A stretch of DNA of 61,565 nt from an uncultured Ignavibacteriales bacterium (GTDB taxonomy: Bacteria; Zixibacteria; MSB-5A5; GN15; FEB-12), in NCBI GenBank assembly GCA_964544635.1, contig CAZJCK010000008.1, forward strand, positions 1-61,565. The letters are read 5' to 3'. The notes below the pieces were generated by a model. The model was not told the origin of the DNA and did no database searches. It worked only from the letters and a program-made list of their open reading frames with translations. A program made the position numbers and the translations under genes. This document shows, in pieces, positions 36,085 through 46,119 of the stretch. How positions within the stretch are numbered: position 1 is the first letter of the stretch; each line of letters begins with the position of its first letter.

Positions 36085-38070
36085 TTGATTTCGGACGGAA
36101 GACTCCGGGTTACAATTGAAAACGTACAACCACAGGTGGCCGACAGCGACTTTCCCGTCAAACGCTCGGTAGGTGAACCGATCGTCGTGCAGGCGGACGT
36201 GTTTGCCGACGGTCATGATCGCATCTCGGCCAACCTTCTTTACCGTGCCCCGGGCGAGAAGGACTGGCGGCGCTCGGTCATGTACCCGCTCGGCAACGAT
36301 TTGTGGGAGGGTACTGTTCTGCTGGAGAGCGGCGGGGAGCATTATTTTACCGTTGAAGGCTACGTTAACAAATTCCGCACCTGGCAAGCCGACTTCAAGA
36401 AGAAGTATGATGCCGGCCAGAATGTCGCCGTCGACCTGCAGGTTGGCGTGCAGTTGATTAATGATGCGGTCGATCGCGCAACTGATGATGACGCGGCCAA
36501 ACTCAAGAAGGCCGCGGCCGCGCTCGACACCAGGGAGCTGAACGACGACACCATCGAACTGGCGCTGTCTTCGAAGCTTGCCGACATGGTCGAGGCCAAC
36601 CGGGATCACAGCCTGACGACGCGATATGAGAAGGAAATTACGGTCAATGTCGAGCGCGAGCGCGCCCGTTTCTCTTCCTGGTACGAGTTTTTCCCGCGAT
36701 CCTTCGGCAATGCGCCGGGGAAGCATGCGACCCTGAAAGACTGTGAAGCGCTGTTGCCGCGCATCGCCGGGATGGGTTTCAACGTCGTCTACCTGCCGCC
36801 GATTCATCCGATCGGGACGACCAATCGCAAGGGCAAGAACAATGCGACGACCGCCGAACCGGGCGACGTCGGCAGCCCCTGGGCAATCGGCGCCAGGGCA
36901 GGTGGTCACAAGGCGGTCCACCCCGATCTCGGCACGCTGGACGATTTCGACCACTTTGTCGGCGCCGCGCGTGAACTCGGCCTTGAGGTCGCGCTCGATA
37001 TTGCCTTCCAGTGTTCGCCCGACCATCCGTACGTGAAGGAGCATCCCGACTGGTTTATCTGGCGCCCCGACGGCAGCATCCAGTACGCTGAGAATCCGCC
37101 CAAGAAGTATGAGGATGTGGTGCCGTTCAATTTTGAAACCGACGACTGGCAGGCGATGTGGGAGGAACTGACCAGCGTGATCATGCACTGGGCCGATCAC
37201 GGTGTTACCGTTTTCCGTATCGACAATCCCCATACCAAGCCGTTTGCATTCTGGGAGTATGCCATTGCGACGGTGCGTCGGACCTATCCGGAAGCGATTT
37301 TTCTGGCCGAGGCCTTCACCCGACCCAAGGTGATGAAGCGACTGGCCAAGGTTGGATTTCAGCAGTCGTACACCTATTTCACGTGGCGCAACTCCAAGTG
37401 GGAGTTGATGGATTACCTGGTTGATCTGTCGCAGGGCGAGGCGCGGGACTATTTCCGACCGAATTTCTGGCCGAACACGCCCGACATCCTGCCGGAATTC
37501 CTGCAATTCGGCGGGCGCCCGGCCTTTCTCATTCGCATGGCGCTGGCGGCGACGATGTCGTCCAACTGGGGAATCTATGGCCCGGCCTATGAGCTGTGTG
37601 TCCATAAAGCGGTCGCCGGCAAGGAAGAGTACCTCAATTCCGAAAAGTATGAGATCAAGGATTGGAATCTCAATGCGCCGGAGAGCATTACCGGTGAAAT
37701 CACGACCATCAACCGAATCCGAAACGAAAACCCGGCGTTGCAGGCAACCAACAACATCCGGTTTCTCGACATCGACAACGATCACATGATTGCCTACGCC
37801 AAAATGAGCCCCGACCTGGAGAATTTCATTCTGGTGGTGGTTAATCTCGATCCGTTCCATGTCCAGTCGGGGTGGATAGGCATGCCGATCGATGATTTCG
37901 GTATACCCCGCGAACAGACATACATGGTGCACGATCTGGTCAGCGACGACCGCTACATCTGGCAGGGCGAAGAGAATTTCGTCGAACTCAACCCGCAGTT
38001 GCTGCCCTATCACGTTTTCAAGGTTTATCGTCGCATGCGCCGTGAGCACGACTTCGATTATTACATGTAA
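36085..38070 (+). CDS. glgE: Alpha-1,4-glucan:maltose-1-phosphate maltosyltransferase (GH13_3)
   Basis: WYEFFPRS, PPIHPIG, GSPWAIG, AENPPKKYED, FRIDNPHTKP, EAFTRP, NTPDIL, SEKYE. Confidence 0.96.
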   Translation: MISDGRLRVTIENVQPQVADSDFPVKRSVGEPIVVQADVFADGHDRISANLLYRAPGEKDWRRSVMYPLGNDLWEGTVLLESGGEHYFTVEGYVNKFRTWQADFKKKYDAGQNVAVDLQVGVQLINDAVDRATDDDAAKLKKAAAALDTRELNDDTIELALSSKLADMVEANRDHSLTTRYEKEITVNVERERARFSSWYEFFPRSFGNAPGKHATLKDCEALLPRIAGMGFNVVYLPPIHPIGTTNRKGKNNATTAEPGDVGSPWAIGARAGGHKAVHPDLGTLDDFDHFVGAARELGLEVALDIAFQCSPDHPYVKEHPDWFIWRPDGSIQYAENPPKKYEDVVPFNFETDDWQAMWEELTSVIMHWADHGVTVFRIDNPHTKPFAFWEYAIATVRRTYPEAIFLAEAFTRPKVMKRLAKVGFQQSYTYFTWRNSKWELMDYLVDLSQGEARDYFRPNFWPNTPDILPEFLQFGGRPAFLIRMALAATMSSNWGIYGPAYELCVHKAVAGKEEYLNSEKYEIKDWNLNAPESITGEITTINRIRNENPALQATNNIRFLDIDNDHMIAYAKMSPDLENFILVVVNLDPFHVQSGWIGMPIDDFGIPREQTYMVHDLVSDDRYIWQGEENFVELNPQLLPYHVFKVYRRMRREHDFDYYM

Positions 38071-38091
38071 CCGAGAGGAATTCGTACGACT

Positions 38092-41000
38092 ATGCCTCGC
38101 AAAGGTCCAGTTATCGTTGATGATCCGCTGTGGTATAAGGATGCTGTCATCTATGAACTGCATATTAAGGCCTTCAAGGACAGCAATAACGACGGTATCG
38201 GTGACATCCAGGGTATCATCAGCCGTCTCGACTATCTCCAGAGCCTGGGGGTGACGGCGCTGTGGCTGCTGCCCTTCTATCCGTCGCCGTTGCGTGACGA
38301 CGGCTACGACATCGCATCCTATACCGAAATCCACCCGCAATACGGCACGCTGGCCGACTTCAAGGAGCTGCTCCGCGAGGCGCACCGGCGGGGCATTCGT
38401 GTCATCACCGAACTGGTCCTGAACCATACGTCGGATCAGCATCCGTGGTTCCAGAAGTCGCGACAGGCGAAGAAGGGCACCACCTGGCGCGACTTCTATG
38501 TCTGGAGCGACGACCCGGAGGTGTACTCCGACGCCCGCATCATCTTCAAGGACTTCGAGGATTCCAACTGGACGTGGGACCCGGTCGCGCAGGCGTATTA
38601 CTGGCATCGCTTTTACTCGCACCAGCCGGACCTGAACTTCGAGAATCCCAAGGTACACAAGGCGATCTTCGACGTGCTTGACTTCTGGTTCGACATGGGG
38701 ATCGACGGTTTGCGACTCGACGCCGTGCCGTACCTGTACGAGCGCGAGGATACCAATTGCGAAAATCTCGACGAAACCCACGACTTTCTCAAGAAGCTCC
38801 GCGCCCATATCGACAGGAAGTACAAGAACCGGATGATTCTGGCCGAGGCCAACCAGTGGTCGGAGGATGCGGTCGAGTATTTTGGCGACGGTGACGAGTG
38901 CAATATGGCGTTTAACTTCCCGGTCATGCCGCGCATGTTCATGGCGCTGCAGATGGAGGACCGCTACCCGATCATCGAGATCCTGGACCCGCCGCTGGAA
39001 ATTCCCGATAACGCCCAGTGGGCCATCTTCCTGCGCAACCACGACGAACTCACGCTCGAGATGGTGACCGACGAAGAGCGCGATTACATGTATCGCATGT
39101 ACGCCAAGGATCCGCGGGCCAAGATCAATCTCGGTATCAGACGTCGGCTCGCCCCGCTGCTGGGCAACAATCGCCGTCGCATCGAACTGATGAACGCCCT
39201 GTTGTTCTCGCTGCCGGGTACGCCGGTATTGTACTATGGCGACGAGATCGGTATGGGCGATAACTACTACCTGGGTGATCGCGACGGCGTGCGTACGCCG
39301 ATGCAGTGGGCGCCCGATCGCAATGCCGGTTTCTCCAGGGCCAATCCGCATCGACTGTATCTCCCGGTGATTATCGATTCGGAGTATCATTACGAGGCGC
39401 TCAATGTCGAAACGCAGGACAACAATCCGTCGTCGCTGCTCTGGTGGATGCGTCGCGTCATCGCCATGCGAAAGAACTTCCAGGCATTCGGTCGCGGTAC
39501 CTGCGAGTTCCTCTCGCCGGGTAACAACCGGGTACTGGCCTTTATCCGTCGGTATGAAGATGAAGCCATTCTCGTAGTCGTCAACCTGTCCCGTTTCTCC
39601 CAGTGCGTGGAACTCGAGCTGCCCCAATATGTCGATATGGTGCCGCGCGAGGTGTTCAGCCACAACGATTTCCCGCGCATCAAGGATGAACCGTACGTCG
39701 TTACGGTCGGGCCCCACGACTATTACTGGTTCCAGTTGCACCCGGCCGAGGATGCCGTGGAATTGCCTGAAGACCAGAAGTATCCGACCATAACGCTTCC
39801 GGAGATACAACTGGATTTCCTTGATTCGACCCTTCGCGAGCGGCTGGAACGATCGATTCTCCCCAAGTATCTGCGTCGCGCCCGCTGGTTCGGCAGCAAG
39901 GGGCGGCGGATTCGCGCCATCGAGTTCCGCGAAGCGGCCGAGCTTGGCGATGGCGACACACCACTGTGGCTGACGCTGTTCGATGTGACTTATAATGACG
40001 GTACGCCCGAAACCTATCAGTTGCCGCTCGGCGTGGCCGTCCGGGAACAGGCGATGAGCATTCGCGAAGACTCGCCCCAGGCCATTCTGGCCGAAGCAAC
40101 GATCGGTGACGACGACACCGGCGTGGTCTACGACGGCAGCTACGACGAAACGTTGCACCGCATCCTGTTCAACCTGATCGAGAAGCGCAAGCGTCTCAAG
40201 GGACAGGCCGGGGCGTTTGTGGCGTCGCGCGGCCGAAAGTTCTCCGCCACCATCGGTGCTTCTCAACATGACCTGGATTCGCGCGCGCTGGGCGCCGAGC
40301 AGTCGAACACATCGATCCTGTTCGGACATACCGGTATCATGAAACTGTATCGAAAACTGGAGCGCGGAACCAATCCGGATGTCGAGATCGGCCGCCTGTT
40401 GTCCGAAAAGAAACGCTTTGAGTATACGCCGGCCTTCCTGGGCGCCATCGAGTATCGCAGCCGCTCGGGGGATGAGTCGTTTCACATCGGTTTGCTCCAG
40501 GAATTCGTCGAAAACCAGGGCGACTCCTGGTCGTTCGTGACCGACCATGTCTGGCTGTATCTTGAGGATGTGCTGTCGCGCCGACGCGAGATGCGCGAGG
40601 TTCCGGAATCGCTGCCGCTTCGCCTGCAGGACATCGACGCCTCGCAATACCAGCGGGTCCACGACCTGGTCGGAGAGTTCCACGCCAACATGTTCTCACT
40701 GCTGGGCGAGCGGACCGGCGAGATGCACCTGGCCCTGGCGTCGTCCGGCACCGGCATCGAATGGAAGCCGGAGCCGTTCTCGCTGTTGTACCAGCGCTCG
40801 GTCTACCAGACGATGCACAACCTCGTTCGACGGGTCGGCAAGACCCTGCAGTCGAATATCAACCGTATTCCGAAGGAAAATCGGGCCGACGCCACTGCGG
40901 TGCTCGACAGCCAGCCGGCCATCTACAACGCCTTCAAGCGTATTCTCGAGAAGAAATTCCCGGCCCACAAGATTCGTATCCACGGCGACTATCACCTCGG

Positions 41001-41436
41001 CCAGGTACTGTTTACCGGCAAGGACTTCCAGATCATCGACTTCGAGGGCGAACCGGCCCGGCCGATCAGCGAACGCCGTCTCAAGCGTTCGCCCCTGCGC
41101 GATGTCGCCGGCATGGTGCGGTCGTTCCACTACGCCATTTATACCGGTCTGTTCCGGCACCCGTCGGTGCGCCCCGAAGACCACGAATTCCTGTTGCCCT
41201 GGGTGCAGGGGTGGTATCATTATGCATCGTCGCTCTTTCTCGAGAAGTACCTCGAGACGGTCGACGGTGCGCCGTTTATTCCGCGGCGACGCGAGGATGC
41301 CAATATCCTGTTTGAGGCCTTCCTGCTTGAAAAGGCCGTGTACGAGCTCGGTTACGAGTTGAATAACCGCCCGGACTGGGCGGCCATTCCGCTGCGCGGC
41401 ATTCTCGAAATCCTGCATTTGACCCGGGCCGAATAA
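38092..41436 (+). CDS. treS: Trehalose synthase fused to maltokinase (TreS-Pep2/Mak)
   Basis: WYKDAVIYE, LRDDGYD, NHTSDQH, RLDAVPYL, FLRNHDELTLEMV; C-terminal EQSNTS, IRIHGDYHLGQVL, IDFEGEP, RDVAGM.RSF. Confidence 0.96.
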   Translation: MPRKGPVIVDDPLWYKDAVIYELHIKAFKDSNNDGIGDIQGIISRLDYLQSLGVTALWLLPFYPSPLRDDGYDIASYTEIHPQYGTLADFKELLREAHRRGIRVITELVLNHTSDQHPWFQKSRQAKKGTTWRDFYVWSDDPEVYSDARIIFKDFEDSNWTWDPVAQAYYWHRFYSHQPDLNFENPKVHKAIFDVLDFWFDMGIDGLRLDAVPYLYEREDTNCENLDETHDFLKKLRAHIDRKYKNRMILAEANQWSEDAVEYFGDGDECNMAFNFPVMPRMFMALQMEDRYPIIEILDPPLEIPDNAQWAIFLRNHDELTLEMVTDEERDYMYRMYAKDPRAKINLGIRRRLAPLLGNNRRRIELMNALLFSLPGTPVLYYGDEIGMGDNYYLGDRDGVRTPMQWAPDRNAGFSRANPHRLYLPVIIDSEYHYEALNVETQDNNPSSLLWWMRRVIAMRKNFQAFGRGTCEFLSPGNNRVLAFIRRYEDEAILVVVNLSRFSQCVELELPQYVDMVPREVFSHNDFPRIKDEPYVVTVGPHDYYWFQLHPAEDAVELPEDQKYPTITLPEIQLDFLDSTLRERLERSILPKYLRRARWFGSKGRRIRAIEFREAAELGDGDTPLWLTLFDVTYNDGTPETYQLPLGVAVREQAMSIREDSPQAILAEATIGDDDTGVVYDGSYDETLHRILFNLIEKRKRLKGQAGAFVASRGRKFSATIGASQHDLDSRALGAEQSNTSILFGHTGIMKLYRKLERGTNPDVEIGRLLSEKKRFEYTPAFLGAIEYRSRSGDESFHIGLLQEFVENQGDSWSFVTDHVWLYLEDVLSRRREMREVPESLPLRLQDIDASQYQRVHDLVGEFHANMFSLLGERTGEMHLALASSGTGIEWKPEPFSLLYQRSVYQTMHNLVRRVGKTLQSNINRIPKENRADATAVLDSQPAIYNAFKRILEKKFPAHKIRIHGDYHLGQVLFTGKDFQIIDFEGEPARPISERRLKRSPLRDVAGMVRSFHYAIYTGLFRHPSVRPEDHEFLLPWVQGWYHYASSLFLEKYLETVDGAPFIPRRREDANILFEAFLLEKAVYELGYELNNRPDWAAIPLRGILEILHLTRAE

Positions 41437-41586
41437 GCGGACCGGCGCGCCGATTGCGCGAACAAAAAAACGCCCCGGGCTGTTGCAGGTGCTATACGGG
41501 ACGGTCGGCCCACCGGTGATCGGCCCGACAGTACATAAAGCTACGGGCAAAGTGCCCGGTTGACGATACATGGAGGTTCTTTTGGT

Positions 41587-41790
41587 ATGAAAGATCAAAT
41601 CGGTGCAACCGCCGGCGCCATCTGGGATATTCTCCAGGATGTCGACAAGATGGCGATTTCTCAGCTCCCCAAGGCAGTGAAACAGAAGGAAGCAATTACC
41701 TACCAGGCGCTCGGCTGGCTCGCCCGCGAGAACAAGATCGAGTACGAGGCGCGTGGCAACAAGACGTATGTCCTTTTGAACAATCGCTGA
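41587..41790 (+). CDS. Small winged helix-turn-helix protein (DUF2582-like)
   Basis: IG.TAG.IW.IL...ALGWLARENKI motif; GGAGG SD; start at ATG 41587. Confidence 0.85.
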   Translation: MKDQIGATAGAIWDILQDVDKMAISQLPKAVKQKEAITYQALGWLARENKIEYEARGNKTYVLLNNR

Positions 41791-41869
41791 CTAACGGGGT
41801 CATTACTATCCAATATAACCAACGGAGCACCCGGCGTCGGACGGCGGCCGGTCAAACGGGGGTGACGGT

Positions 41870-43699
41870 GTGCGCATAGGCGCCTGGTGTGAAAGCGGCA
41901 ACCAGACCGAATTTACCGTCTGGGCGCCCCGTGCCGACGCCCTGACAGTACACCTGCTCGAGCCCGATGATCGCATCATCGACATGGTGCCGCTGGAGTA
42001 TGGCTACTGGCGGGTGACGGTTGACAATTGTGGCGCCGGCGCCCGCTACCGCCTCGCTCCCGGCAAGGGTGAGGAGCGGCCCGATCCGGCCTCGCACTTC
42101 CAGCCGGACGGAGTCCATGCCCCGTCCGCCGTCGTCGATCATGCCGCCTTCGAGTGGCATGACGACGCATGGAGCGGACTGCCGCTGGAGCAGTACGTCA
42201 AGTACGAACTGCACATCGGTACGTTTACGCCGGAGGGGACGTTCGACGCTGCGATCGGTCGGCTCGGTCAGCTCAGGGCGCTCGGTGTCAACACTCTGCA
42301 GATCATGCCGGTGGCCGCCTTCCCGGGCTCGCGCAACTGGGGGTACGACGGTGTGTATCCGTTTGCGGTGCAGGCGTCGTACGGCGGTCCCGACGGTTTG
42401 AAACGGCTGGTCGATGCGGCTCATCGCGAGGGTATGGCGGTAGTGCTCGATGTCGTCTACAATCACCTCGGCCCGGAAGGTAATTACCTGCACGAATTCG
42501 CGCCGTATTTCACGGAACGGTACCGCACCCCGTGGGGCTGGGCGATCAACTACGACGACGCCCACAGCGACCAGGTGCGCAACTATTTTGTCGAAAACGG
42601 ATTATACTGGCTGCGGGAGTATCATATCGACGGTTTGCGTCTCGATGCTGTCCACGGCATCTTCGATCAAAGCGCCCACCCGTTTCTGCAACAACTGGCC
42701 GAGGTGGTCGACGACTTCTCGGGCCGCGACACCTGGCCGCGATACCTGATCGCCGAGAGCGACCTGAACGATTCACGCCTGATTCGTTCACGCGCCGTTG
42801 GCGGCTACGGACTGCACAGCCAGTGGTCGGACGACTTTCATCATTCGCTGCATACCCTGCTGACCGGCGAGGCCGAGGGATACTACCGCGACTTCGGTCG
42901 CATGGCCGATCTCGAAGCGTCGCTCCGGGAAGGCTATGTCTACAGCGGCCGGTACTCGCAGCACCGTGTTCGCTCTCACGGCAATTCGGCGGCCGGACTT
43001 TCAGGCGACAAGTTCGTCATTTCAACGCAGACCCACGACCAGGTGGGCAACCGAATGATGGGTGAACGCCTCACCTCGCTGGTGTCGTACGACGCGTTGA
43101 AGCTGGCGGCCGGGCTGATGTTGACGGCGCCCGCCATTCCGATGCTCTTCATGGGCGAAGAGTATGGCGAACCGGCGCCGTTTTTGTATTTTGTGAGCCA
43201 CGGGGATGAAAACCTGGTGAAAGCGGTGCGCGAAGGGCGCAAAGAGGAGTTTGCGGCCTTCGGCTGGGAAGGTGAACCACCCGACCCGCAGAGCGAAGCC
43301 ACGTTTAACGAATCGAAGCTGCACTGGGAATTGCGCGGCGACGGCAAGCACAAGGCATTACTCGAGCTGTACACTGAGTTGCTGCGCCTCCGCCGCAGCA
43401 TTCCTGCCCTTGCCGACCTGAGTCGCGAAACCGTTGATGTCGGCAGCGACGAAAAGAAGCGCATCGTGTCGATGCGCCGCTGGTCGGGCAGCAGCTCAGT
43501 CTGGATCCTGGCCTCATTCAGCCAAGAGAAACAGTCGGTGACGGCTGCCACCGGCGAAGGGTCGTGGCAAAAACTCATCGATACGACCGACCAGCGCGAG
43601 CCCGGTACCGGCACTTCGCTGCCCGACACCGTCAAACCGGGAGAGGAACTGACGGTAGCGCCGCTCACGTTCGCCCTTTATCAGAGAAAGTCATCATGA
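41870..43699 (+). CDS. treZ: Malto-oligosyltrehalose trehalohydrolase
   Basis: VWAP, PDPAS.FQPDGVH, YELHIGTFT, NWGYDGV, YNHLGPEGNY, RLDAVH, HDQVGNR. Confidence 0.96.
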   Translation: MRIGAWCESGNQTEFTVWAPRADALTVHLLEPDDRIIDMVPLEYGYWRVTVDNCGAGARYRLAPGKGEERPDPASHFQPDGVHAPSAVVDHAAFEWHDDAWSGLPLEQYVKYELHIGTFTPEGTFDAAIGRLGQLRALGVNTLQIMPVAAFPGSRNWGYDGVYPFAVQASYGGPDGLKRLVDAAHREGMAVVLDVVYNHLGPEGNYLHEFAPYFTERYRTPWGWAINYDDAHSDQVRNYFVENGLYWLREYHIDGLRLDAVHGIFDQSAHPFLQQLAEVVDDFSGRDTWPRYLIAESDLNDSRLIRSRAVGGYGLHSQWSDDFHHSLHTLLTGEAEGYYRDFGRMADLEASLREGYVYSGRYSQHRVRSHGNSAAGLSGDKFVISTQTHDQVGNRMMGERLTSLVSYDALKLAAGLMLTAPAIPMLFMGEEYGEPAPFLYFVSHGDENLVKAVREGRKEEFAAFGWEGEPPDPQSEATFNESKLHWELRGDGKHKALLELYTELLRLRRSIPALADLSRETVDVGSDEKKRIVSMRRWSGSSSVWILASFSQEKQSVTAATGEGSWQKLIDTTDQREPGTGTSLPDTVKPGEELTVAPLTFALYQRKSS

Positions 43700-46119
43700 A
43701 TCGCTATATTTGTTTGCACGGTCACTTCTACCAGCCGCCGCGCGAAAACGCCTGGCTCGAGGAAGTGGAACAGCAGGACTCGGCATATCCGTACCACGAC
43801 TGGAACTATCGCATCACGTCGGAATGCTACGCTCCCAACGCAGCCTCGCGGTTGCTCGATGCCGAACGTCGTATTATCGACATCGTAAACAACTACTCCA
43901 AGATCAGCTTCAACTTTGGCCCCACGCTGCTTTCATGGATGGAGCGCCACGAGCAGGAGGTGTACGAAGCGATCCTGGAAGCGGACAAGCAGAGCCGGGA
44001 GCATTTCAACGGTCATGGTTCGGCGTTTGCCCAGGTTTATAACCACATGATCATGCCGCTGGCTAACAGCCGCGACAAGCGTACCCAGGTAATCTGGGGC
44101 CTGCGTGATTTTGAGAAGCGTTTCAAGCGCAAGGCCGAGGGGATGTGGTTGTCGGAGACCGCCGTCGATACCGAGACACTGGAACTGCTCGTCGAGTTTG
44201 GCATCAAGTTTACGGTCCTGGCGCCGCGCCAGGCGCATCGGGTGCGCAAGATCGGCGAGGAGGAATGGCAGGAGGTGAACGACCAGGTCGATCCGAAGCG
44301 GGCCTACCGCTGCAACCTGCCGTCCGGAAAAAGCATTGCGCTGTTCTTTTACGACGGCCCGATCTCGCAGGATATCGCCTTCGGTGACCTGCTCTCCGAC
44401 GGCGGCCGGTTTGCCGACCGTTTGACCGATGCCTTCGCCGACGACAACGACGAACCGCAACTGGTGCATGTTGCCACCGACGGCGAGACCTACGGCCACC
44501 ATCACCGTTTCGGCGATATGGCCCTTGCCTACTGTCTGTACAACATCGAGGCGAACGAAGAAACCGAGATTACCATCTACGGCGACTATCTCGAGCGGTT
44601 CCCGCCGGAGTATGAGGTGGAGATCCACGAGAATTCGTCATGGAGTTGTGTTCACGGTGTTGAACGCTGGCGGTCCGCCTGTGGCTGCGCCATGCGCTCT
44701 GACTGGCAGCAGAACTGGCGCGCTCCCCTGCGCGGCGCCATGGACTGGCTGCGCGACAGCCTGCGTCTGATCTACGAAGAACACGGCGGCGAGTTGCTGA
44801 CCGATCCGTGGGCGGCTCGCGACGACTACATCGAGGTGATACTCGACCGCTCCGATGAGTCGCTGCAGTCCTTCTTTGATACCTACAGTCGCAACGGTTC
44901 CGAGCCGGAACAACTGACGAAACGCCTCAAGTTGCTCGAGATGCAGCGCTACACCATGCTCATGTACACCAGCTGCGGCTGGTTTTTCGACGAGATTTCC
45001 GGCATCGAAACCATGCAGGTCATATTTTATGCCGCGCGGGCGATGCAATTGGCGCGCGAGGCGGTCGGCATTGACCTGGAGCCGGCCTTTATCCAGATTC
45101 TCGATCGCGCTCCCAGCAATATTCCGAAGCTCAAGACCGGGGCCGGGGCGTACCGTGAGCACGTCCAGCCGTCGGTGCTCGACCTCGAGCGCGTCGGCGC
45201 CCACTACGCCGTCCAGTCGCTCTTCGATCAATCGCACAACGGCGACAGCACGCGCCTGTACAGCTACGAAGCATCGAGCCTGGTTCATGATCGGTACGAA
45301 ACGGGGCGGCAGGTGCTTGTCGTCGGCCGGGCGCGGTTGCGATCCCTGATTACTCGTGAAGAAGGCTCGGTTGCCTATGCCGTGCTGCACCTCGGTGAAC
45401 AGAATCTTATCGGCAGTATTCAACCCGAGCTTGAAGCCGAACGACTCGACGACCTGCGCGAGAAAATCAGCAAGGCGTTTCACGACGGCAACATTGCGGA
45501 TGTCGTGTCGCTGATGGACAAGGTCATGGAAGGCCACAGCTATTCGCTCTGGCACCTGTTCAAGGACGATCAACGGCGCATCCTCGACCAGATTATGACC
45601 GCCGCGCTGGAGGAGATCGAGCGATCCTTCCGCAGCGCCTATGAACGAAGCTTGCCTCTCATGAAAGCGAGTGACCAGATGCAGCTCCGCCTGCCGAGCG
45701 CGTTGTCGGCAACGGTGTCGTTTGTCATCAATACCGACCTGCGCCTCGCGCTGGAACAGGAGGAGCCGGAGCCGGTACGTCTGCATCACCTTGTCGACGA
45801 AGCCGAACGCTGGGAAATCGATGTCGATCGAACTACCCTCGGTTTCGTCGCCGGTCACCGGTGTAACGAGTTGATGGAAGCGTTCCAGGACGATCCTGAC
45901 GATATCACGCTCCTGACCGCCCTTGACGGTATACTTGCGACCATGCAGCGACTGAGTGTCACGCTTGATGTCTGGCCGGTACAGAACATGTATTTCCTGA
46001 TCGGCAAGAAATTGTACAGCGAACGCAGGAAGCAGGCGGAGTCGGGTGATGCCGATGCGCAGCGATGGGTCGAGCATTTCGAACGGCTTAGTGAATTCCT
46101 GCAAGTGAAACTGACATGA
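43696..46119 (+). CDS. GH57 family glycoside hydrolase with DUF3536 domain
   Basis: HGHFYQPPREN, YNHMIMPLA, GMWLSET (nucleophile), ATDGETYGHH (acid/base), SWSC.HGVERW, MYTSCGWFFD; start at ATG 43696. Confidence 0.92.
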   Translation: MNRYICLHGHFYQPPRENAWLEEVEQQDSAYPYHDWNYRITSECYAPNAASRLLDAERRIIDIVNNYSKISFNFGPTLLSWMERHEQEVYEAILEADKQSREHFNGHGSAFAQVYNHMIMPLANSRDKRTQVIWGLRDFEKRFKRKAEGMWLSETAVDTETLELLVEFGIKFTVLAPRQAHRVRKIGEEEWQEVNDQVDPKRAYRCNLPSGKSIALFFYDGPISQDIAFGDLLSDGGRFADRLTDAFADDNDEPQLVHVATDGETYGHHHRFGDMALAYCLYNIEANEETEITIYGDYLERFPPEYEVEIHENSSWSCVHGVERWRSACGCAMRSDWQQNWRAPLRGAMDWLRDSLRLIYEEHGGELLTDPWAARDDYIEVILDRSDESLQSFFDTYSRNGSEPEQLTKRLKLLEMQRYTMLMYTSCGWFFDEISGIETMQVIFYAARAMQLAREAVGIDLEPAFIQILDRAPSNIPKLKTGAGAYREHVQPSVLDLERVGAHYAVQSLFDQSHNGDSTRLYSYEASSLVHDRYETGRQVLVVGRARLRSLITREEGSVAYAVLHLGEQNLIGSIQPELEAERLDDLREKISKAFHDGNIADVVSLMDKVMEGHSYSLWHLFKDDQRRILDQIMTAALEEIERSFRSAYERSLPLMKASDQMQLRLPSALSATVSFVINTDLRLALEQEEPEPVRLHHLVDEAERWEIDVDRTTLGFVAGHRCNELMEAFQDDPDDITLLTALDGILATMQRLSVTLDVWPVQNMYFLIGKKLYSERRKQAESGDADAQRWVEHFERLSEFLQVKLT

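Noticed and set aside
36043-40683. 1546-aa minus-strand ORF spanning glgE and treS
   Set aside because: Codon-register mirror of two well-supported genes that share a frame; no recognisable domain. High GC3 suppresses antisense stops.
41537-41558. AAAGCTACGGG / GGGCAAA fragments reminiscent of a c-di-GMP-I riboswitch
   Set aside because: The elements are in the wrong order and there is no GNRA-capped P2; only a small hairpin can be drawn. An Rfam scan would settle it.
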